From: an uncultured Holophagales bacterium
Lineage (GTDB): Bacteria > Acidobacteriota > Thermoanaerobaculia > Multivoradales > UBA5704
Reading direction: 5' to 3'
Assembly: GCA_963842525.1 (NCBI GenBank)
Contig: CAWJGT010000006.1
Span: 96,001-160,000, forward strand
Length of the DNA stretch: 64,000 nt
Shown here: positions 27,965 through 37,950 of the stretch, piece by piece
Layout of the letters: each line of letters begins with the position of its first letter
Position numbering within the stretch: the first letter of the stretch is position 1
Program-made: the position numbers and the translations under genes
The notes under the pieces: model-generated
Told to the model about the DNA's origin: nothing
What the model saw: only the letters and a program-made list of their open reading frames with translations
Databases searched by the model: none

Positions 27965-28579
27965 GTGGCCGATCCGCAACGCGCCCGCCCGCACCCGGTC
28001 CCTCCGCCCGCCCTCCACCTGCGGGCCCTGGACCACTTGCGCTTCATCCGCGAGACCATGGAGGGGGCGGCCTTCTTCACCGCCGTCTCCGGGATCGGGG
28101 AGGTCGCCGTCGGCGTGACCGCGGTAGGCGCCGCCTGGCTCGCCGCGCGCCAGAGCACGCCCGCGGCCTGGCTCACGGTCTGGCTCCTGGATGCCCTGCT
28201 CGGCGCGCTGCTCAGCATCGGCGCCATCGTCTGGAAGGCGCGGCGGAGCGACATCAGCCTGGTGTCGGGGCCGGTCCGCCGCTTCGCGCTCGGCCTCCTG
28301 CCGCCCTTCCTCGCCGGCGGGGTGCTGACGGCCGTCCTCTTCTCCCAGGGCGCCTACGACGTTCTCCCCGGCCTCTGGCTCCTCCTCTACGGCACCGGCG
28401 TGGTCACCGGCGGCGCCTATTCGGTGCGCATCGTGCCGGTCATGGGCCTCGCCTTCATGGCCCTGGGCGCGCTCGCCCTGGTCGCGCCGCCGGCCTGGGG
28501 GGATGCCTTCCTGGCGGCGGGATTCGGCGGCCTGCACATCCTCTTCGGGGCGATGATCGCCTGGAGGCACGGTGGCTAG
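27965..28579 (+). CDS. Hypothetical multi-pass membrane protein
   Basis: ALDHLRFIRETME then about 6 hydrophobic segments; FGGLHILFG. Confidence 0.75.
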   Translation: MADPQRARPHPVPPPALHLRALDHLRFIRETMEGAAFFTAVSGIGEVAVGVTAVGAAWLAARQSTPAAWLTVWLLDALLGALLSIGAIVWKARRSDISLVSGPVRRFALGLLPPFLAGGVLTAVLFSQGAYDVLPGLWLLLYGTGVVTGGAYSVRIVPVMGLAFMALGALALVAPPAWGDAFLAAGFGGLHILFGAMIAWRHGG

Positions 28580-28958
28580 GCGCGCGATCTCCCACACCTC
28601 GGAGCCGCCCGAGGACGGGCCCGGGGGTCCCGACGAGATGCGCGCGGAAGCGGCACCGCAGGCGGCGCTCGACCTCGATCGCCTGATCCACGAGCGGATC
28701 CGGCTGGGCATCGTCAGCGCCCTCGCCGTCAACGCGCACCTGAGCTTCAACGACTTGAAGAAGCTCCTCAAGACGACCGACGGCAACCTGAGCGTCCACG
28801 CGCGCAAGCTCGAAGAGGCGGGCTATCTCACCTGCCAGAAGTACTTCGAAGGCCGGGTCCCCAAGACCGAGTACCGTCTCACCCCGCCCGGCCGGCGCGC
28901 GCTCGAGCGCTATCTGGACCACATGGAAGCCATCATCCAGGCCACCCGGGAGGGGTAG
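28572..28958 (+). CDS. Winged-helix transcriptional regulator (HTH_34/MarR-like)
   Basis: LDRLIHERIRLGIVSAL..TDGNLSVHARKLEEAGY..PKTEYRLT. Confidence 0.9.
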   Translation: MARRAISHTSEPPEDGPGGPDEMRAEAAPQAALDLDRLIHERIRLGIVSALAVNAHLSFNDLKKLLKTTDGNLSVHARKLEEAGYLTCQKYFEGRVPKTEYRLTPPGRRALERYLDHMEAIIQATREG

Positions 28959-29008
28959 AGGCATGCCCCTCCACTTTGTGAAACCAAGTACTCTGTAGGG
29001 AGAGAAGA

Positions 29009-29701
29009 ATGCGCAGGGTCTTCCGGATGCTGCTTCTCGCCGCGGCCGTTGTCCTGGTCTGCGGCGGCGCTTTCGTGCTCTGGATGCTCAGCCGGCCCCG
29101 GCCCGAGCCGGAAGGCCCCGTGGCCCGGGCGGCGGCCGTGGGGTCAGTGGACACTCTGCGCCGCGAGCTCGCGGCCGGCGCTCCCGCCGATCGCATGGAC
29201 CCTCGGGGATTTACGCCCATGGTCTGGGCGGCCCGTGCCGGGCAGGCGGACGCGATCCCGGTGCTCGTCGAGTCCGGAGCCGACCCCGACCGGCGGGACC
29301 ATGCGCTCAACAGCTGGACGCCGCTCCTCCACGCCGTCCACACAGACCAGCTCGGCACCGTCCGTGCCCTGATCGCCGCCGGAGCCGACGTGAACCGCCC
29401 CTCGCCCAACGGGGCCACCCCGCTGCTGCTGGCGGCCGAGCAGGGCAATGCGGAGATCGTCGAAGAGCTGCTCGCTGCCGGGGCCGATCCCCGGGCGGAG
29501 ATCGACGGTTGTCCCAGGACCGTCCTGGGCCGCGCGGTCCTCGGCCACAATCCGCGGATCGTCGATGCGCTGCTGCGCAAAGACCCGGACCTGCCGTTCG
29601 ACCGCGGCCTGTGTGGCCGCGTGCTCCGCGGCTTCAACCGTCTGCGCGACAGCTCGTCGGTCGTCGCCCGGCTCGACGAGGTGCGGAGGAGCCACCGGTG
29701 A
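29009..29701 (+). CDS. Ankyrin-repeat protein with N-terminal membrane anchor
   Basis: [35 protein letters not shown]. Confidence 0.85.
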   Translation: MRRVFRMLLLAAAVVLVCGGAFVLWMLSRPRPEPEGPVARAAAVGSVDTLRRELAAGAPADRMDPRGFTPMVWAARAGQADAIPVLVESGADPDRRDHALNSWTPLLHAVHTDQLGTVRALIAAGADVNRPSPNGATPLLLAAEQGNAEIVEELLAAGADPRAEIDGCPRTVLGRAVLGHNPRIVDALLRKDPDLPFDRGLCGRVLRGFNRLRDSSSVVARLDEVRRSHR

Positions 29702-30414
29702 GCCTCCACGTGGCGATCATCATGGACGGCAACGGCCGCTGGGCGACCACGCGCGGCCGGCCGCGCACGGCCGGGCATCTGGCAGGGGCGGACGCCGTGC
29801 GCCGGACCGTCGAGGCAGCGCCCCGGCTGGGTGTGGAGACCCTGACCCTCTTCGCCTTCTCGTCGGACAACTGGCAGCGGCCCGACCGCGAGGTGCGCGC
29901 CCTGATGGGCCTCTTCCGCCGCTACCTGGCCACCGAGGCCGCGCGCTGCGCCGAGAACGGTATCCGCATCTCGGTCATTGGCCGGCGGGACCGGCTTCCG
30001 GGCGTCCTGGTGCGGGCGATCGAGGACGCCGAGGCCCGGACCGCGCGCGAGCGCAAGTTCTGGCTGCGCATCGCCGTCGATTATTCGGCACGCGACGCCA
30101 TCCTGCGCGCCGCAGCCCGGATCCGCCGCACGCCCGGAGGCGCCGACCTCTCGCGCGAGGACTTCTCCCGCCTCCTGGCCGATCCGCCGCAGGCAAGCCC
30201 TGTGCCGGACGTCGACCTGCTGATCCGCACCGGCGGCGAGAAGCGCCTTTCCGACTTCCTCCTCTGGGAATGCGCCTACGCCGAGCTCGCCTTCACCGAC
30301 CGCATGTGGCCCGACTTCGGAGCCGAGGACCTCCAGGCAACGCTCCACGACTTCGAGGCCCGCGAAAGGCGTTTCGGGAGGGTCTTGGAAGAGCGGGAAC
30401 GCCGGGCAAGTTGA
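29698..30414 (+). CDS. uppS: cis-isoprenyl (undecaprenyl) diphosphate synthase
   Basis: [41 protein letters not shown]. Confidence 0.92.
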   Translation: MSLHVAIIMDGNGRWATTRGRPRTAGHLAGADAVRRTVEAAPRLGVETLTLFAFSSDNWQRPDREVRALMGLFRRYLATEAARCAENGIRISVIGRRDRLPGVLVRAIEDAEARTARERKFWLRIAVDYSARDAILRAAARIRRTPGGADLSREDFSRLLADPPQASPVPDVDLLIRTGGEKRLSDFLLWECAYAELAFTDRMWPDFGAEDLQATLHDFEARERRFGRVLEERERRAS

Positions 30415-30662
30415 GCCGGTAGCATCTGCGCTGTCCCTCACGCCCTGGGCTACGTGCCCGTCACCCCCTTCGGGGGTTGAATCCGACAAATTTACGTAAT
30501 TGGATTCAGGGTGGGCAGTACTAAGGTTCCGTGAGAGGAGTATATCCAGCAGACGACCAGATCTATCTTATGCTAAGAGGCCTGAGAGAGCCGATAGCGA
30601 GATGGCCTCCACGAAGCTGAAAGAGATGCCCTCGTTACCTGACGAGGACCAGGAGGGGTTGC

Positions 30663-31658
30663 ATGCAAGCTGGCCTAGAACCTCCGCAGGCCTCAAACAG
30701 CGCGAGTCAAAGTAATGAATACACTGATGAGCAATGGCGGAATCACAGTCCTCGGTTTAGTCGGGTGGCGCATCGCATCGCCACGATGGTCATCGCCGCA
30801 CTTGTCCTTCTGGAGCACCGCTACCTGGGTATCTTGGCATGGGTTCTCATTCTTCCCGGCATCTTTTTCTCGGTGCAATTTCTCGTTAGACTTGCGTTTG
30901 ATATTGGCCTGTTTCACTCGCAGCCGAGTGAACAAGTGGACTCTCTGCGTCGTTGTCTCGAAAAAAGCACGATGTGCTCCGATTACAACGCAAACTTTCC
31001 TTTCCGCCTGACTCTCATCATCTTCCTGGTGTTGTTCCCGCTTTGGATCGGCTTCTCTCCGCCCTGGGGCGTAGTTGCGTTCCTCATCGTCTTGGCTGTC
31101 TGCGGGCATTACACAATCTACCGGCCCGTGGCAGTGGTCTTCTTCGGAGCATCCAGTGAACAGTCGCTTGACGTTCTCTCTACCGTGGAAACCGCGTCAT
31201 CGCCGTTCAGAGCCATCTCATTGCTACGCATGGGCACATTCCAGAGAATGGCTGGTAAGGGACAGGTTCTGGGAACGTCGCGATTTCGCTTTTGTCCCGA
31301 GTGCGTTGACGACTGGCAAGCGGCTGTAAAGGACATGATTCATGCAGCCAAGCTGGTTGTGGTTGATGCGCGCGTCGCTACTCCGCTGGTTGTGTACGAG
31401 GCGGCGCTTGCACTCGCGCCGGAATTCCGTGACAAGACGTTAATCGTCTCGGGCGCTGAAGGCGTACATCCGGTATTAGAAGCGGTCATTGCCGCGGATC
31501 CATCAGTATCTGTTCCCGCACACCAGGTTGTGCCCGAGGGGAATATCGGACCGAGAGTCAGATCCCACTTGCAGGAGCTCATTTCACAGTCCGTCCAAGA
31601 ACGGCGCTTGCGACGGTCGGGTGATGAACGCACAAAGCGCACCTCATCCGACCCATGA
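30663..31658 (+). CDS. Hypothetical membrane protein, low GC
   Basis: Long ORF with about 4 TM segments and a soluble C-terminal region; atypical composition. Confidence 0.55.
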   Translation: MQAGLEPPQASNSASQSNEYTDEQWRNHSPRFSRVAHRIATMVIAALVLLEHRYLGILAWVLILPGIFFSVQFLVRLAFDIGLFHSQPSEQVDSLRRCLEKSTMCSDYNANFPFRLTLIIFLVLFPLWIGFSPPWGVVAFLIVLAVCGHYTIYRPVAVVFFGASSEQSLDVLSTVETASSPFRAISLLRMGTFQRMAGKGQVLGTSRFRFCPECVDDWQAAVKDMIHAAKLVVVDARVATPLVVYEAALALAPEFRDKTLIVSGAEGVHPVLEAVIAADPSVSVPAHQVVPEGNIGPRVRSHLQELISQSVQERRLRRSGDERTKRTSSDP

Positions 31659-31737
31659 ATGACGAGCCTGGACGCTGACGGCTTGTCGAGCTATATAACA
31701 GCCCGCGGGGGCTTTCCGAGACGATGCACCCCCGGCC

Positions 31738-32259
31738 TCAGCGCTCCCGCCGGGCAGGCCGGCTGCGCGAATAGAGGGCCTCTCGATGGGCCGTGCCCTC
31801 GCGGGCGACGTGGAGACGGCCGGCGGCGGCCAGCCGGCGCAGCGTCACCGAAGCGGCGCGGCCGTCGAGGGGCTGGCGCAGCTTCGCGCCATAGCGGCGG
31901 TTGACCTCGCGCGCGATGTCCGAAGGGTTGAAGGTCTCCTCCGGTTGGCGGCTCTCCACGACACGGGCGACCAGCCGGCCTACCGGACGCCTCTTGCCTG
32001 CCGGGATCTCTTCTTCCGACGGTGGCGGCGACGGTGCGGAGGCGACTTTGTGGCGCTCCGCCAATTCGCCGGCCGCGACGGCCACGGCCTGGAATGCCGC
32101 GAAGCGTTCCTGTGTCGTCGCAAGCTCGGCGGCATGGAAACCTCTCTTTTCGCGGTGGAAGACCTCCTGCTGGGCGTGATGCTCTTCCTGTTCGCGGGGA
32201 TGCTTGATCTGGCCTTCCAGCTCGGTCAACATCTGAGCGATGGAGAGATTCGATGCCAT
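31738..32259 (-). CDS. Hypothetical coiled-coil plus winged-helix-like protein
   Basis: N-terminal heptad-like helix; C-terminal FNPSDIAREVN...ASVTLRRLAAAGRLHV...ALY. Confidence 0.6.
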   Translation of the reverse strand: MASNLSIAQMLTELEGQIKHPREQEEHHAQQEVFHREKRGFHAAELATTQERFAAFQAVAVAAGELAERHKVASAPSPPPSEEEIPAGKRRPVGRLVARVVESRQPEETFNPSDIAREVNRRYGAKLRQPLDGRAASVTLRRLAAAGRLHVAREGTAHREALYSRSRPARRER

Positions 32260-32287
32260 GGGGCGTCCTCCGTCATAGCGCATTCCG

Positions 32288-32580
32288 GTGCCGCAAAGTG
32301 AAGAATCAATGCGGCGCAGAAGAAAGCTTCGCGGCAATCTTCATTTCCGCGTCGCAAAGGGTTTTCTTTTTGCGGCAGATCTGGAAAAAGCTTGCCGTTG
32401 GAAGATTTCCTGCCGCATAGGAGAATTCCCTGCCGCGTTGTTCTTTTGGATTGTGGGCGCAGAAAAGAACAGTGCTGCGCAGAATCTTCCCTGCCGCAAT
32501 GTAGATTTCCAACGCGGCATTTCCTCAGAAAACGCGGCGTCCCGCGGCCCGACGCTCCTCCGGGATCTCCTTTGCGGCAA
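32288..32580. repeat. Degenerate ~20 bp-periodic tract (GCCGC/GCGGC cores separated by A/T-rich spacers)
   Basis: Cores near 32290, 32310, 32330, 32350, 32371, 32393, 32411, 32431, 32455, 32474, 32492, 32513, 32533. Confidence 0.6.
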
Positions 32581-32591
32581 CCGGCTGCTGC

Positions 32592-33690
<1,099 letters not shown>

Positions 33691-33884
33691 GGGAGAGTGC
33701 GCTGCTCCTGTGGTGTCTCCCCGATTTCGAGGCCACCTCGTGCACGTCCCGCCCAAGACAACCAGCCCATGGCCCCTGGTCCCCGGGGGCTGCTAGCGCA
33801 CCCAACGACCGATATGCGGGATATACTCAGGATGTGACAGCGCCAGACTGAGCGTGTTCTAGCGGGCTCCTGAGAAGGACAACG

Positions 33885-36800
33885 ATGACTGAGGTGAGGC
33901 CCACTCAACGGCAGAGCATCGAGCGCAATGGGGAGCTCGCGGCGTCTCCTGGCGGTGACGCGGTTCCTTCGGGCTTCGAACTCCGCCATGTGCTCTCGGG
34001 TCACCAAGCTCCAATCGCACAGCTCACCTGGTCGCCTGACGGCAACTCGATCGGCTCTGCCTCCACCGATGGGACGATCAAAGTCTGGAATGCCACCAGG
34101 GGGCGCCTACTTCTCACCATCCCGCTTTCTAGTCAAGCTTCTTGTGTCGCCTGGTCACCCGATGGTAGGACCCTCGCATCATCGGGTGCCGACACAACGA
34201 CTCTCTGGCACACCAAGAATTGGGAAATAAAAAAACTTCTCTCAACTAAGCGCCTGGGAGCCAGTGCTATGGCGTGGTCACCGGACGGATGGTGGCTGTC
34301 TTTTGATAGCGGCATACCCGACGGTACGATCGGAATCTGGGATGCGACGGCACAACGAGATCACCAGCAGATCGAAAGCAATGTCGGATCAGTTCTGAGC
34401 CTTGCTTGGTCTTCTTCCGGAAACCTGCTTGCTTGGTCGGGAGACCGGGGCCCGATCCTCTGCTGGGACTTTCGCGAGCGCCAGTTGCTCTCATCGCTTG
34501 CTGGACACTCAGGACGAGTTTACGCCCTTGCTTGGTTACCCGGAGAAGAGCTTCTTGCCTCCGCTTCTCAGGATGCGACGATCCGGATCTGGCAGGCGCC
34601 GAAAGCACAGGTGCTGTCAATCTTGGAAGGTCACACCCGGGAGGTCGTTGCTCTGTCGATCTCGGCCGATGGGCGCTACATTGCATCGAAATCAGCGGAC
34701 GGCACCGTCCGTTTATGGGACCCGACCTCCTCTCGGGAGATTGCTCGCCTGCGAGAGCCGGTGTCTTACGAGGCGCGGTGCAGCGGCATAGCTTTTCATC
34801 CGCGTGAGCCCGTCCTCGCTACTTTGGACGATGGCGATCTATCAATCCGGATTTGGAATCTCGATCTTAGGATTCTGTCGCAACCAACCGCCGTATCCTC
34901 GCCGGTAGTCCGCTATACCAGCGCCAAAGTCGTCCTTCTCGCCGATAGCGATGTCGGTAAGTCCTGCCTCGCAATGCGCCTCGCCGAGGACCGCTATCCG
35001 AGCGACTCCGAACGGACAACTCACGGCATGCGTCTTTGGCGCCTTGTACCCGAGAGCCTCGATCCCTTAGCCGCCACACCTCCGGGCCAGCGCCGTGACC
35101 TCGTGCTCTGGGACCTGGGCGGGCAGTACGAGTACAGGCTCGTCCATCAGCTCTTTCTCCACAACACCGCCCTGGCCCTCATGCTGTTCGATCCTACCCG
35201 AGGAAGCAAAGCCTTTGAGCAAGTTGAAGATTGGAACAAACGGCTTGAACAGCGGCTCGGAGGTCGCAGGGCCGTCAAGCTCCTGATCGGGGCGAAGGTG
35301 GACGAGCCCTCGGAGATCATTGACCGCGTCGCTATCGAGCAGCTTTGCCAGCGCAGCGGCTTCATTCGGTATATTGAGACCAGCGCCAGGACTGGCCGAG
35401 GAGTCGATGAGCTGCGTCGAGAGCTTGCCAAGGCCCTCGATTGTAATACTTTGGGTACAACCAGCCGACCAGAGCTATTTCAGCGCATTCGCGACGAGAT
35501 CGAACGGCGGCGCGAGGCTGGCGAGGTCGTGCTTGCCCTGCGAGATCTTGAGGTCGCTATTCGCACCGCTAGGCCGGTGGACTTCGATCCAGCGGCGGTC
35601 GAACGCGTAGCTGAGCAACTCGCTCTCCAGGGAGTACTTGCCGAGACCAAGCTCGCCTCAGGCGACCGTATGTTGGTGCTACGGATTGAGGAGATCGAGC
35701 GCTATGCTGGCTCTCTCATTGTCGCAGCGAGAAATAATCCGCGTGGGGTTCCTGCTCTCGAAGAACGACGGATAGCCTCACTGGAGATTTCGCTTCCTGG
35801 TATCGACGAGGCGAGCAGGCTACCTCTTGTCCAAGAACGGATCGTTCTCGAATGCGTCGTCCAACTCCTCCTTGAACACGGAGTCTGCTTCTCACACGAA
35901 GGGCTCCTTGTCTTTCCTTCACTTTTCGCCTCGACAGAGAAGGAGGACGATGTACCGGTCCTCCAGTCCGCCTCACTCTATTACGATTTCTCGGGCGCCA
36001 TCGACAACATCTATGCTTCGCTCGTCGCCTGGTTGGTAATTGTCAAGAATTTCGGTCGAGTGCGGATGTGGCGCGATCGGGCGGAGTTCGCGACTCCTGG
36101 TAAGGGAGGCTGCGGTGTCCGCAAGGTCGATCGCGGGCGCGGTCTTGCTCGGCTGGACGTGTACTTCGAGGAGAAAACCCCCCCTAGGGTCCGCAAGCTC
36201 TTCCACGGCTTTGTCGAGGACCACCTTCGACTGAATGGCCTCGACATCACGGAACATTTAGACGTCTCCTGCCCTAGCTGCGGCCGCCAATTCGCCGAGG
36301 AGGACATACGTGAACGGATCGCTTTGAGCACATCAGACATTGGCTGCGTTAGGTGCGACTTTCGTCTTCCCCTCGCCGAGGCGATCGCGCGAGCTGGCAC
36401 GCGCAGCCCAATGATGGCGAAGAGAACCTTTGCTCTTCGTACACGGGCTGAAGAAGGTGTCAGGAAGGTCACCGAATCCATCAAGCAGCTCTTTCGTCAG
36501 CCCGATCGGAAAGCTTCATTCGACCAGCCGATCCGTGTGCTCCACCTGAGTGATCTTCACTTCACGGCGGACGCAGATATGAGGGCCCACCTTCGGCCTC
36601 TCATCGCCGACCTGCAAGACAGCGGCGGAGGGCTCGGCTTTGACCGGCTCGACTACCTCATCATCTCAGGTGATGCTACGAACCGCGCTGCTCCGGAGGA
36701 GTTCGAAGTCGCGCAGCGCTTCATCTCGGAGCTAATTCTCAGGTTCGGCCTGACCGCGCAGCGCTGCGTGCTCGTGCCGGGTAACCACGACCTATTCTGG

Positions 36801-37556
36801 GACGAAGAGGTCTACATTTGGAAACCAAAGCGCCAAGTCGACGAACGACGGCTCCGACCAGGTACCTTTCGTATCGAAGGAGGCGGCTATTTGCTGCGCG
36901 ATGACCAGAGCTATCCTGCCCGCTTCCATAATTTCTCCCGCTTTCTCCACCACCCGCTCCTCCAGCTAGAATATCCGCCAGGGTTCGAGGAGCAGGGACA
37001 AGTCTATCTCTTCGCGGAAACGGGCCTTCAGTTCCTCAGCTTCAACTCGTGCTGGGAGATCGACGAGTGGTTCGGCGACCGGGCAAGCCTCCATCCAGGG
37101 GCCGTTGTACGTGCGCTCGAACTAGCTGATGAGCAGGTCGATAAGCAACTCGGTCGGGACGCCGAGATCCTACGCATCGGCGTCTGGCACCATCCTGTGA
37201 CTGGAAACGAGAAGATCAAGGACGACGCCTTTGTCGAGCAGCTCCGCCAAGCTGGTGTGCGGCTCGCCCTCCACGGACATGTGCACGAGGATCGGGCCGA
37301 CCTTATCTCATATCTTCATCCTCGGAAACTCCACGTCGCAGGCGCCGGTTCCTTCGGTGCCCCCACCTCGCAGCGGCCTGAGTCGACGCCGCGGCTATAC
37401 AACCTGCTCGAAATTGCGCGCGACCACTCGTGGATACGGGTTCACACCCGCTGCTTGCAGAAACGCGGCGGTGCGTGGCAGGGCTGGGCCGTTTGGCCGG
37501 ATCAGCACCCGAATTCGCGGCGGACGTTCTACACGATCCCGCTCCAGGAGTCGTAG
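33885..37556 (+). CDS. Roco-like protein: WD40 repeats-Roc GTPase-COR-Zn ribbon-metallophosphoesterase
   Basis: GH..WD repeats; AKVVLLADSDVGKS, TTHG, LWDLGGQ, GAKVD, ETSA; CPSC..CVRC; HLSDLH, SGD, PGNHD, WHHP, LHGHVH. Confidence 0.85.
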   Translation: MTEVRPTQRQSIERNGELAASPGGDAVPSGFELRHVLSGHQAPIAQLTWSPDGNSIGSASTDGTIKVWNATRGRLLLTIPLSSQASCVAWSPDGRTLASSGADTTTLWHTKNWEIKKLLSTKRLGASAMAWSPDGWWLSFDSGIPDGTIGIWDATAQRDHQQIESNVGSVLSLAWSSSGNLLAWSGDRGPILCWDFRERQLLSSLAGHSGRVYALAWLPGEELLASASQDATIRIWQAPKAQVLSILEGHTREVVALSISADGRYIASKSADGTVRLWDPTSSREIARLREPVSYEARCSGIAFHPREPVLATLDDGDLSIRIWNLDLRILSQPTAVSSPVVRYTSAKVVLLADSDVGKSCLAMRLAEDRYPSDSERTTHGMRLWRLVPESLDPLAATPPGQRRDLVLWDLGGQYEYRLVHQLFLHNTALALMLFDPTRGSKAFEQVEDWNKRLEQRLGGRRAVKLLIGAKVDEPSEIIDRVAIEQLCQRSGFIRYIETSARTGRGVDELRRELAKALDCNTLGTTSRPELFQRIRDEIERRREAGEVVLALRDLEVAIRTARPVDFDPAAVERVAEQLALQGVLAETKLASGDRMLVLRIEEIERYAGSLIVAARNNPRGVPALEERRIASLEISLPGIDEASRLPLVQERIVLECVVQLLLEHGVCFSHEGLLVFPSLFASTEKEDDVPVLQSASLYYDFSGAIDNIYASLVAWLVIVKNFGRVRMWRDRAEFATPGKGGCGVRKVDRGRGLARLDVYFEEKTPPRVRKLFHGFVEDHLRLNGLDITEHLDVSCPSCGRQFAEEDIRERIALSTSDIGCVRCDFRLPLAEAIARAGTRSPMMAKRTFALRTRAEEGVRKVTESIKQLFRQPDRKASFDQPIRVLHLSDLHFTADADMRAHLRPLIADLQDSGGGLGFDRLDYLIISGDATNRAAPEEFEVAQRFISELILRFGLTAQRCVLVPGNHDLFWDEEVYIWKPKRQVDERRLRPGTFRIEGGGYLLRDDQSYPARFHNFSRFLHHPLLQLEYPPGFEEQGQVYLFAETGLQFLSFNSCWEIDEWFGDRASLHPGAVVRALELADEQVDKQLGRDAEILRIGVWHHPVTGNEKIKDDAFVEQLRQAGVRLALHGHVHEDRADLISYLHPRKLHVAGAGSFGAPTSQRPESTPRLYNLLEIARDHSWIRVHTRCLQKRGGAWQGWAVWPDQHPNSRRTFYTIPLQES

Positions 37557-37650
37557 GCGCATTTTTACCGCGGTCGCTGTCCTCGCGATCTCGGTACGGC
37601 TGTAGTACCCGGGGCGGCGCACCCGCGTTGCCCCGCGCCTCTTGCAGCGC

Positions 37651-37863
37651 TTAGCACTTTCCCAAGAATTCGCTTCCGGGTATCTCGCCGGATTTTCGGA
37701 TCTTTTCGGAGCGCAGGGCATCCAGCAGGTTCGACTTTCCCGCGGCGTTCGGCCCTACGCGAAAGACCTTCCTCCCGAGCTCGACCTCGATCTGGCGGAA
37801 GTTGCGCCAGTTCTCCAGGCGGAGGTACGTGAAGCGGAAGGCCCTGCGGTCCGAGGTCGCCAT
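37651..37863 (-). pseudogene. N-terminal fragment of an SMC/RecF-like ABC (AAA_21-like) ATPase
   Basis: LRLENWRNFRQIEVEL...VGPNAAGKSNLLDALR (Walker A), then the sequence degenerates. Confidence 0.7.
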
Positions 37864-37950
37864 ATCCGAGTATCTTACCTGGCGGCCGGTTTCGGCAAGC
37901 GAGCACCGCCACGCCGGAGGTGCCGGCGTGGCGGTGGAGTGGGCGCCTGC

